Origin: Phycisphaera mikurensis NBRC 102666
Lineage (GTDB): Bacteria; Planctomycetota; Phycisphaerae; Phycisphaerales; Phycisphaeraceae
Direction of reading: 5' to 3'
Assembly (NCBI RefSeq): GCF_000284115.1
Contig: NC_017080.1
Span: 510,001 to 542,000 of the forward strand
DNA length: 32,000 nt
Shown: positions 25,052 through 32,000 of the stretch, one piece after another
Position numbering within the stretch: position 1 is the stretch's first letter
Layout of the letters: every line of letters begins with the position of its first letter
Made by a program: the position numbers and the translations under genes
The notes under the pieces: model-generated
What the model was told of the DNA's origin: nothing
Database searches by the model: none
Seen by the model: only the letters and a program-made list of their open reading frames with translations

Positions 25052-25939
25052 ATGAACCCCACCACGACCCGCACCGGCCTCACCGCCCTCACCGGCCTGC
25101 TCACGCTCTGCTTCCTCTCCGCCGGCTGCGTGCCGCAGAGCCAATCGGACGCCTGGCGGAAGAAGTACCAGGCGGCCGACGAATCGATCATGGAGCTCCG
25201 GCTCGAGCTCGAGGGCCGCGAGGACGAGCTGGCGGCGCTGCGGGGGCGTTCCGGCGTGAACGGCCAGCTCTCGGCCGAGGCCGAGGCGCTGCGGGCCCAG
25301 AACCAGCAGCTGCGCGACACCCTCGCGATGGCGCAGGAACAGCTCCGCAGCGTCGCCGGCTCGCCGCTGCCGGCGGAGCTGACCAGCGACCTGGAGGCCC
25401 TCGCCGCCGACAACCCCGACCTGATGACCTTCGACCCGAACACCGGGATGATCCGCTTCCGCAGCGACGTCACCTTCGCGCTCGGCAAGACGGACGTGCA
25501 GGAGGGCGCCCGCCAGCTGCTCGCGCAGGTCGCCGGGGTGCTCTCCTCGCCGGCGGCCTCGGGCTACGAGGTCCGCGTCGTCGGCCACACCGACAACGTG
25601 CCGGTGACCAACGCGGCGAACGTGCAGAAGTACGAGGACAACTGGGGCATGTCCGCCTTCCGCGCGATCTCGGTGATGCGGGTGCTCAGCGAGAACGGCG
25701 TGCCGCAGGAGCGGATCAGCGTCACCGGCTACGGCCCGATGCAGCCGGTGGAGCCCAACGGGCCCCGCGGCTCCGAGGCGAACCGCCGCGTCGAGCTGTT
25801 CCTCACGCCGCAGACGGCCGCCGTGTCCAACGGGGCGATGTCTGAGCCGCGGCCCGCCGATCCGGTGATGGCCGAGCCCGCCAGCATCGAGCCGATGGCC
25901 GCCCCCGGGCCCGCCGACACCCCGGCGATGTTCAAGTGA
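25052..25939 (+). CDS. OmpA family lipoprotein
   Basis: Lipobox LLTLCFLSAGC, coiled-coil region, and OmpA C-terminal domain (YEVRVVGHTDNVPV..NWGMSAFRAISVMRVLSENGVPQERISVTGYGPMQPVEPNGPRGSEANRRVELFL). Confidence 0.95.
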   Translation: MNPTTTRTGLTALTGLLTLCFLSAGCVPQSQSDAWRKKYQAADESIMELRLELEGREDELAALRGRSGVNGQLSAEAEALRAQNQQLRDTLAMAQEQLRSVAGSPLPAELTSDLEALAADNPDLMTFDPNTGMIRFRSDVTFALGKTDVQEGARQLLAQVAGVLSSPAASGYEVRVVGHTDNVPVTNAANVQKYEDNWGMSAFRAISVMRVLSENGVPQERISVTGYGPMQPVEPNGPRGSEANRRVELFLTPQTAAVSNGAMSEPRPADPVMAEPASIEPMAAPGPADTPAMFK

Positions 25940-27219
25940 GCGCCGGCAGCGGCGTCCTCTACCGCCGCGCCACGCTGCCCAACGGGCTGCGGGTGGTGGC
26001 CGAGATCGACCCCGGGGCGCACACCGCCGCGGTCGGCTACTTCGTGAACACCGGGGCCCGCGACGAGGACGCCGCGGCCATGGGCGTGTCGCACTTCCTC
26101 GAGCACATGATGTTCAAGGGCACCGCGGAGAAGTCCGCGGACGAGGTCAACCAGGCGTTCGACGACTTCGGGGCCGACTACAACGCCTTCACCTCGCACG
26201 AGCGGACCGTGTACTACGCGCACGTGCTGCCGGAGTTCCTCGAGCCCGCGACCGACCTGCTCGGCGAGATCCTCCGTCCGTCGCTGCGCGGAGCCGACTT
26301 CGACGTGGAGAAGAAGGTCATCCTCGAGGAGATCGGCATGTACGACGACCGGCCGGAGTGGGTCCTGCAGGACCGCCTGCTGGAGCGGCACTTCGCCCAC
26401 GCCGGCCCCGGCGGGCGGCTCCACGGCGGCGGCTTCCGCGTGCTCGGCACGGCCCAGACCGTCGGCGCCCTCACGCCCGAGCGGATGCGGGCCTACTTCG
26501 ACCGGCGCTACAGCCCCGGCAACGTTGCGGTCGCCGCGGCGGGCAACCTGGACTTCGACCGGCTCGTCGGGCAGGTCGCCGCCCGCTGCGGCGGCTGGCC
26601 CGCCGTCGACACCGCCCGCGATCTCTCGGCACCCGCGCTGCCCGCGGGCGTCCGCCGCTTCGCCGACACCGACGCGGACCTCTCGCGCCACTACCTCGGC
26701 CTGATCTGCCCCGGCCCCGCCGCGAGCGACCCGCGGCGCCACGCCGCCGCCGTGCTGGCGGTGCTGCTGGGCGACTCCGACAACTCGCGGCTCCACTGGG
26801 CGCTGGTCGACCCGGGCCTGGCCGACGAGGCCTCGGCCAGCTTCCAGGCCGCGGACGGCCGCAGCGGCGACCCGGCCGGGTCGTTCATGGCCTGGGCCAC
26901 CTGCGACCCCGGCCGCGCCGCCGAGGTGGAGGCGAAGCTGCTGGAGACGGTCGACGGCGTCGTCGCGGCGCCGGACTTCTCCGAAGCCGACGTCGCCGCC
27001 GCGGTGAACAAGGCCGCCACCGGGCTGACGCTGCTCGCCGAGCGTCCCGCCGGGCGCATGCACCGCCTCGGCTCGCAGCTGCTCGCGCTCGGCGAGAACC
27101 ACGGCCTAGACGAGCAGCTCGCGGCGCTGCGGGCGGTGACGCCCGACGCGATCGCGTCGCTGGTGGCGGACTTCCCGTGGGATCCGCGGACCGTGGCGGT
27201 TCTGGGCCCCAACGGCTGA
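25936..27219 (+). CDS. M16 family zinc peptidase (pitrilysin/processing peptidase-like)
   Basis: LPNGLRVVAEIDPGAHTAAVGYFVNTGARDED..GVSHFLEHMMFKGT (HxxEH)..NAFTSHERTVYYAHVL..VEKKVILEEIGMYDD. ATGA overlap with the upstream gene. Confidence 0.96.
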   Translation: MSAGSGVLYRRATLPNGLRVVAEIDPGAHTAAVGYFVNTGARDEDAAAMGVSHFLEHMMFKGTAEKSADEVNQAFDDFGADYNAFTSHERTVYYAHVLPEFLEPATDLLGEILRPSLRGADFDVEKKVILEEIGMYDDRPEWVLQDRLLERHFAHAGPGGRLHGGGFRVLGTAQTVGALTPERMRAYFDRRYSPGNVAVAAAGNLDFDRLVGQVAARCGGWPAVDTARDLSAPALPAGVRRFADTDADLSRHYLGLICPGPAASDPRRHAAAVLAVLLGDSDNSRLHWALVDPGLADEASASFQAADGRSGDPAGSFMAWATCDPGRAAEVEAKLLETVDGVVAAPDFSEADVAAAVNKAATGLTLLAERPAGRMHRLGSQLLALGENHGLDEQLAALRAVTPDAIASLVADFPWDPRTVAVLGPNG

Positions 27220-27233
27220 CGGTCCGCGGATCC
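27180..27233. promoter_or_regulatory. Hairpin with 15-bp perfect arms straddling the M16 peptidase stop
   Basis: ggatccgcggaccgt (27180-27194) and acggtccgcggatcc (27219-27233), separated by 24 nt. Confidence 0.65.
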
Positions 27234-27404
27234 GGAAGTTCAGCCCCTCCGGGACGTGGAGCCGGCGCGGGCGTGGAGGCGGCTCGCTCGCGGCGGAGAA
27301 ATCCTCCACGCGTGGCTGCAATCAGCAGCGGCCCCCCGAGCGTCTCTCCTGTGGAGGAGGCCGCGCCCGCGGCCCCGCCCGCTCCGTCATCCCAAGAGAC
27401 CGAC

Positions 27405-27875
27405 ATGACCCGCGCCGCCTTCGCCCGCTGCCTCGCCGTTCCCGCTCCGCTGCTGCTCGCCGCCGCGGCCACCGGCTGCGCCCACCGCGACGCCGGCGTC
27501 ACGCCCGCCGCTTGCGCCGCTTCCGCCACCCCCTCCGCCTGCGCCGCCCCCGCGCATCCCGCGGATCCCGTGCTCGGCACCGACGCCGCCGCTGGGGCCG
27601 CCATCTCCGCTTACATCGACGACCGCAACCGCGACGGCGTCTACCGCCACTGGGACCCGCTCGAAGGTCGCGTGCTGGAGATGTCGTTCGAGAGCCTGCA
27701 CGCGGGGGTGAAAACGATGGAGGGCCGGCAGGTCAGCTGCGCCGACTTCCGAGACCAGGACGGCCGGCTCATCGACATGGACTACTTCGTCGACGCCGCC
27801 ACCGGCGTCGTGCTGCAGGGCGTCGTCCACAAGGTCGACGGCGTGAAGCGGCCTTACGACCTCGCCGCCCGCTGA
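27405..27875 (+). CDS. Hypothetical lipoprotein
   Basis: Signal/lipobox LLLAAAATGCAHRD and a conserved-looking globular tail VYRHWDPLEGRVLEMSFESLHAGVKTMEGRQVSCADFRDQDGRLIDMDYFVDAATGVVLQGVVHKVDGVKRPYD. Confidence 0.75.
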   Translation: MTRAAFARCLAVPAPLLLAAAATGCAHRDAGVTPAACAASATPSACAAPAHPADPVLGTDAAAGAAISAYIDDRNRDGVYRHWDPLEGRVLEMSFESLHAGVKTMEGRQVSCADFRDQDGRLIDMDYFVDAATGVVLQGVVHKVDGVKRPYDLAAR

Positions 27876-27879
27876 AGCC

Positions 27880-28410
27880 GTGCCGGCCCGCTCCACGAAC
27901 CCGCCGCCCGAGGGCGAGCCGCTCGACGGGCTGCTCCGCCGCGGCTTCGGCTACGCGTTGTGCCTCACCCACGACGCGGCCGCGGCGGAGGACCTGCTGC
28001 AGGAAGCGCTCCTGGGCATCGCCCGCCGCGGCGGCCCCTGGCACGCCGGCTACCTGCTGGCCGCCGTCCGCAACGCCTGGGTCGACGAGCACCGGCGGCG
28101 TGGCCGCCGGCTCCCGACCTCCCCGCTGGACGCCGTCGCCGAGGACGAACTCGTCGAGCCGCCGGCGGATTCGGTCCCGCGGGACGAGCTGCTCGGCGGG
28201 CTGCTCGGGCACCTGCGCCCGCCGGACCGCGAGCTGCTCTACCTCGCCGCCGTCGAGGGGCACACCGCCGCGGAGCTCGCGGCGTTGACCGGCCGCCCCC
28301 GCGGCACGGTGCTCAGCTCGCTCTTCCGCGCGAAGAAGAAGCTCCGGCGGCTGGCGTCCCATCTCGCGCCCGGCGCCGGGCGCTTGGCTCCGGCAGGAGA
28401 ATCCCGATGA
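27880..28410 (+). CDS. ECF-type RNA polymerase sigma factor
   Basis: GFGYALCLTHDAAAAEDLLQEALLGIAR..GYLLAAVRNAWVDEHRRRGR (region 2) and LRPPDRELLYLAAVEGHTAAELAALTGRPRGTVLSSLFRAKKKLRR (region 4). Confidence 0.9.
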   Translation: MPARSTNPPPEGEPLDGLLRRGFGYALCLTHDAAAAEDLLQEALLGIARRGGPWHAGYLLAAVRNAWVDEHRRRGRRLPTSPLDAVAEDELVEPPADSVPRDELLGGLLGHLRPPDRELLYLAAVEGHTAAELAALTGRPRGTVLSSLFRAKKKLRRLASHLAPGAGRLAPAGESR

Positions 28411-29090
28411 CCCCTCCCGCTGAAGATCTGCTCGACGCGGCGCTGCGTCGCCACTACGCCGCGAACGGGCCCGACGCCGCGGCGCTGCGACGCCTGCGTG
28501 AGGCGGTGCATCCGGCGTCGACGCCGGCGTCCCGTCCGCGCCTCCGCGCGGCCTGGCTGGCGGTGGCCGCCGCGCTCACGCTGACCGCCTCCCTCGCGAT
28601 CGTGCTCGCCGCGGGCGGCGGCGGGAGCGATGCCCTCGCCTCCCTCGTCGCCGAGGAGATCGCGCTCAACCACCGCAAGCAGCTCGCCCCCGAGTGGACC
28701 GGCGTCGGCATCGGCGAGCTCGCCGAGCGGATGCCCAAGCTCGACTTCACGCCCCGGTGGCCCGCCGCGCTCGACGGCGGCGGCTGGTCGCTCACGGGCG
28801 CCCGCTACTGCTCGATCGGCGGCCGCATCGCCGCCCAGCTGCGGCTGGGTCGAGCCGACGGCCGCGCCGCCACGCTCTACGCCTTCCGCGACGCCGACGC
28901 CTTCGCCGCGCTGCCCGCCGGGCAGCGGAGCGTCGACGGCACGAGCGTCCGCGTCTGGCGCGAGGGCGGCCTGGTCTTCGGCCTCGCCGCCGCGCCCGCC
29001 CCCGGCGCAGATCCCCCGGCTCCCCGCCGTCCCGAGCGTCGCGTCTCCCCCGGCTCCTCGCGGGCCTCCACAGCAGCGCGCCCCGACTGA
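28407..29090 (+). CDS. Single-pass membrane protein, possible anti-sigma-like partner
   Basis: ATGA overlap with the sigma gene stop. N-terminal cytoplasmic stretch, then TM AAWLAVAAALTLTASLAIVLAAG, then the C-terminal domain GGGWSLTGARYCSIGGRIAAQLRLGRADGRAATLYAF. Confidence 0.78.
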   Translation: MTPPAEDLLDAALRRHYAANGPDAAALRRLREAVHPASTPASRPRLRAAWLAVAAALTLTASLAIVLAAGGGGSDALASLVAEEIALNHRKQLAPEWTGVGIGELAERMPKLDFTPRWPAALDGGGWSLTGARYCSIGGRIAAQLRLGRADGRAATLYAFRDADAFAALPAGQRSVDGTSVRVWREGGLVFGLAAAPAPGADPPAPRRPERRVSPGSSRASTAARPD

Positions 29091-29129
29091 ACGAGCCGGA
29101 CAGGCCGCGGGGCGCCTCGCCGGCGTCTC

Positions 29130-30545
29130 CTACGCGCCCGGGGCCGCCGTCACCGCGGGGTCCTCCAGCTGCAGCCGGGTGAAGCCGTTGCAGATCCGGT
29201 CGTCGAGCGTCTCGCACCAGTGCAGCGTCCGCTGGCGCAGGCGGGCCAGCTCGCCCGCCGCCGCCGGATCGTGCACCCGGTTCACGAACTCGATCGGGTC
29301 GGTCTGGAGGTCGTACAGCTCGTCGACGGCCGTGAGGTTCCACACGTACTTCCAGCGCCGATCGCGGACCATCCGCGTGGAGTACTGCCCGAACTGGCAG
29401 CCGAAATACTGGCTGAACACGTCTTCGCGCCCCGTCGCCCCGGCGAGGAGATCCAGCCCCTCCGCGTGGTCCGGCACGCCGACGCCCGCCGCCGAAAGCA
29501 GCGTCGCGTGCAGGTCCAGCTCGTGGACGACGAAGTCGTCGCGCACGCTTCCGGGCTCGATCCGTCCGGGGAAGCGGGCGACCAGCGGCACCTTCAGCAC
29601 GTCGTCGTACATCATGTAGTGCTTGTCCATCATCCCGTGCGAGCCGCACAGGTCGCCGTGGTCGGTCGAGTAGACGACCAGCGTGTTCTCCGCCACGCCG
29701 GCGGTGTCCAGCGCGTCGAGCACCTCGCCGATTTTGGCATCCAGCAGCGTGATCTCCGCGAGGTACCGGCTGACGACCGGCGCCCACTGCTCCCAGCCCC
29801 AGCCGTCGACGCCCCAGCTGCGCCGCTGCTGGGCCTGCATCGGCGGCTTGTCCTCCAGCGGGTCCGCGAAGGCCGGCCAGGGCGGGATCGAGCCCGCGGG
29901 GTAATCGTCGGCGACCGCCTCGGGAACGAGGCAGGGCAGGTGCGGCTCGGAAGGATCCCACCGGACGAAGAAGGGTCGCGAGCCGTCGGTGTTGTCCGCG
30001 GAGAAGTCGCGGATCGCGTCGCAGGTCAGCCCCGCCCCCCAGGCGATCCGCGTGTCCTCCACGCCGCTGGTCCGGTCGACCTCGCCGAACCAGCCGTTGG
30101 TCCGCTCGCGCGGCGGCAGCCCTCGCTGCGCCCGCCACGCGTCGTAATCGTCCTCCTCCCAGGCGTACCGCTCGACGCCGTACCCGGTGGGGTCCCCCGG
30201 CACCTCGCCGTGGAACTTGCCGAAGTGCGCCATCCTGTAGCCGGCGCTACCGAGACGCTGCCACAGGATCGGCTCGCCCGTCTCCGCGGGCCGGTACCCG
30301 TCGAAGGGCGGGATGTTCTGGCAGCGGTGCTGGCTGGGCCACCGGCCGGTCAAGAGCGACGCACGCGCCGGGCTGCAGATCGGAGAGGGCGTGAAGGCGT
30401 TGACGAAGTCGGCGCCCTGCGCCGCCAGCCGGTCGAGGTTGGGCGTCCGGATCCGCGGCCCGTTCCCGCTCGCGTGGATCCCAAGGCAGTCGAAGCGGTG
30501 TTGGTCCGAATGGATGAGCAGGAGATTGGGGCGGGAGTTCGCCAT
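29130..30545 (-). CDS. Sulfatase (formylglycine-dependent, alkaline phosphatase superfamily)
   Basis: RPNLLLIHSDQHRFDCLG..NLDRLAAQGADFVNAFTPSPICSPARASLLTGRWP (C-x-P-x-R)..YRMAHFGKFH..YSTDHGDLCGSHGMMDKHYMMYDDVLKVPLVARFPG. Confidence 0.96.
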   Translation of the reverse strand: MANSRPNLLLIHSDQHRFDCLGIHASGNGPRIRTPNLDRLAAQGADFVNAFTPSPICSPARASLLTGRWPSQHRCQNIPPFDGYRPAETGEPILWQRLGSAGYRMAHFGKFHGEVPGDPTGYGVERYAWEEDDYDAWRAQRGLPPRERTNGWFGEVDRTSGVEDTRIAWGAGLTCDAIRDFSADNTDGSRPFFVRWDPSEPHLPCLVPEAVADDYPAGSIPPWPAFADPLEDKPPMQAQQRRSWGVDGWGWEQWAPVVSRYLAEITLLDAKIGEVLDALDTAGVAENTLVVYSTDHGDLCGSHGMMDKHYMMYDDVLKVPLVARFPGRIEPGSVRDDFVVHELDLHATLLSAAGVGVPDHAEGLDLLAGATGREDVFSQYFGCQFGQYSTRMVRDRRWKYVWNLTAVDELYDLQTDPIEFVNRVHDPAAAGELARLRQRTLHWCETLDDRICNGFTRLQLEDPAVTAAPGA

Positions 30546-30564
30546 GGCGGGGAAGCTAAGCGAA

Positions 30565-30636
30565 GAGGCGGGGAGGCGGGGAGGCGGAGAGGCGGGGAGA
30601 CGAAGAGACGAAGAGACGGAGAGACGAAGAGACGGA
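30565..30636. repeat. GA-rich microsatellite, nine 8-bp units
   Basis: gaggcggg x2, gaggcgga, gaggcggg, gagacgaa x2, gagacgga, gagacgaa, gagacgga, with an exact 8-bp period. Confidence 0.92.
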
Positions 30637-30845
30637 GACAGGCAGACGCGGCGGCTACGCCGACCGCTTCTCTCTCTGATTCGCTGTCTTCGTCTCTTCG
30701 TCTCTCACCCAACTCCGCCACCACCCGCGGCATCTTCCGTCGCGAGCCGTGCAGCCGCGGGCGGCACGCGTCCGCCGCTGCGTCGCTTCGTCTCTCGCGA
30801 TGCAGACTCCGCCCCCGCTTGGACTGCCACAACGCCAGCGCCCCG

Positions 30846-31727
30846 CTACACCGGGCGATTCTCTCGATACTCGCTCGGCGTCGTGTGCGTGTACCGCCGG
30901 AACGCCCGCGTGAACGTCGCGTGCGAGGTGAAGCCCAGGTCGAGCATGATGTTCTTGATCGGGAGGTCGGTCCCGCGCAAGCGGGCGCAGGCCTTCTGGA
31001 TCCTCAGCTCCGAGAGGTAGCGACGCGGCGCGACGCCGTAGCGCTGGGTGAAGGCGCGAGACAGGTGCTCCCGCGAGACGCCGCAGCGGTCCGCCAGCTC
31101 GGCGACGTTCCAGTCCCGCTCCGGCCGCTCGGCCATCAGCGTCTCGGCGTCGCGGGCGAGCTGCCGGGTCTGCGGCGCCTTGATGCCGCTCTCCGCGGCC
31201 GCCAGCACCAACGCCAGCACCTCGGTCACGAGCAGCACGCCCTCGGAGCCGGGCATCGTCACCTGGTGCGTGCGCTCGCGGGTCAGCGCGATCAGCCGGC
31301 GGATCGTGGCGCTCTGCGGGTCCACGCGGTACGGGCCCGGGAATGCCGCCCGGAGGTCTTCGACCATCTCGCGGGCCCGGGCGCCGCCGAAGATGAAGCC
31401 GAGGTAGTCGAACGGCAGCGGGCTCCCGGCCTCGCCGGCCCCGAACCAGTCGTCGTCGTCGTTGACCTCGTGGAAGAGAGCGCCGCCCACCGGCAGCGTC
31501 GACTCCTTCCCGGCGACGCGCCCGCGGCCGCCCTGGGAGAGGGCGACGCTGAGCACGAGCTTGTCGGGCATCCGCGACTGCTTCACCCGGTCCGTCCGGT
31601 AGCGCCCGGTGGGGTCGCGTCCCCGGCCCAGGAAGTGGGGGAAGGGAAGCCCCTCCACGCGTCCAGGGACGCGAAACCAGAGGTAATCCGCCATGCGGCG
31701 GGGCGGTGGAACGTGGGTTTCGAGCAT
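30846..31727 (-). CDS. AraC family transcriptional regulator
   Basis: C-terminal HTH: AERPERDWNVAELADRCGVSREHLSRAFTQRYGVAPRRYLSELRIQKACARLRGTDLPIKNIMLDLGFTSHATFTRAFRRYTHTTPSEYR. Start tentative: ATG at 31727 or 31694 (minus strand). Confidence 0.95.
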   Translation of the reverse strand: MLETHVPPPRRMADYLWFRVPGRVEGLPFPHFLGRGRDPTGRYRTDRVKQSRMPDKLVLSVALSQGGRGRVAGKESTLPVGGALFHEVNDDDDWFGAGEAGSPLPFDYLGFIFGGARAREMVEDLRAAFPGPYRVDPQSATIRRLIALTRERTHQVTMPGSEGVLLVTEVLALVLAAAESGIKAPQTRQLARDAETLMAERPERDWNVAELADRCGVSREHLSRAFTQRYGVAPRRYLSELRIQKACARLRGTDLPIKNIMLDLGFTSHATFTRAFRRYTHTTPSEYRENRPV

Positions 31728-32000
31728 CACACGGCGCAAGTTGATCTCACAGGGCCAACCTTGTGAGCGGGGAACGTGTGGGATAGGTTGGATGAGTCGC
31801 GATTGCAAGCCGACGAGCCGGCACTCTTCGGCCTCGCCGGGGCTTCCCCCGGATCCGACCATCGGCATCACGCCACGCAACCCATCGCTCTCGGGGCTTC
31901 CCCGATCGTCACCCTTCTCCTCCCGCATCCCGCTCTGGCGTCCGCACGGCGTCACCCGCTTCGTCCAGGAGCCTCCCCATGACCCGCACGCACCCGAACC

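Noticed and set aside
25729-27102. 457-aa minus-strand ORF
   Set aside because: Antisense to the clear OmpA and M16 peptidase genes. Arg/Gly/Val-rich artefact.
29130-30545. Sulfatase as an unusual finding
   Set aside because: It has the standard CxPxR formylglycine motif, and sulfatases are abundant in planctomycete-like genomes. Ordinary.
30565-30636. CRISPR or coding repeat
   Set aside because: It is a simple 8-bp microsatellite with no spacer structure and no supported ORF.
29220-31766. 848-aa plus-strand ORF
   Set aside because: Antisense to the sulfatase and AraC genes and reads through the GA microsatellite (RRRGGETKRRRDGETKRR).
1-32000. tRNA or rRNA genes and canonical defence or phage systems
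   Set aside because: No tRNA cloverleaf-like or rRNA-like segment and no integrase, restriction, toxin-antitoxin or phage structural protein was recognised. The AAA ATPase alone is not sufficient to claim a defence system.

Overview
High-GC bacterial chromosomal window, gene-dense. The PEP-CTERM proteins, the squalene-cyclase-like/DUF4159-like protein and the sulfatase suggest a planctomycete/Phycisphaerae-like origin (inference). I support about 25 protein-coding genes. They are: a 5'-truncated radical SAM DNA repair-type protein; an envelope/polysaccharide block (membrane proteins, LbH acyltransferase, LPG-synthase-like flippase, WecG/TagA/CpsF glycosyltransferase, degenerate NTP-transferase-like protein, exosortase-like membrane protein); an AAA ATPase followed by a TolQ/ExbB-like protein; a zinc-ribbon metallopeptidase; TauE/SafE; two PEP-CTERM proteins; carA; a SMUG1-like uracil-DNA glycosylase; an OmpA lipoprotein; an M16 peptidase; a sigma factor with a coupled downstream gene; a sulfatase; and an AraC regulator. 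The most notable non-coding structures are: (1) an exactly 103-bp-periodic array of 4+ units at 18070-18510, each a 25-bp-arm hairpin with a 26-nt divergent loop; (2) a 159-bp CTAG-flanked inverted-repeat element at 1250-1408, probably a non-autonomous transposon relic; (3) a recurring ACGGTCCGCGG palindromic motif at gene ends. The most notable protein-level observations are an exosortase-like protein that appears to lack the catalytic Cys/Arg residues, next to a nucleotidyltransferase-like protein with a broken signature, and two adjacent PEP-CTERM proteins that look like divergent paralogs. No tRNA, rRNA or canonical CRISPR array was found. Many long antisense ORFs in the supplied track look like GC-bias artefacts. 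I could not establish a complete new biological system from the sequence alone.
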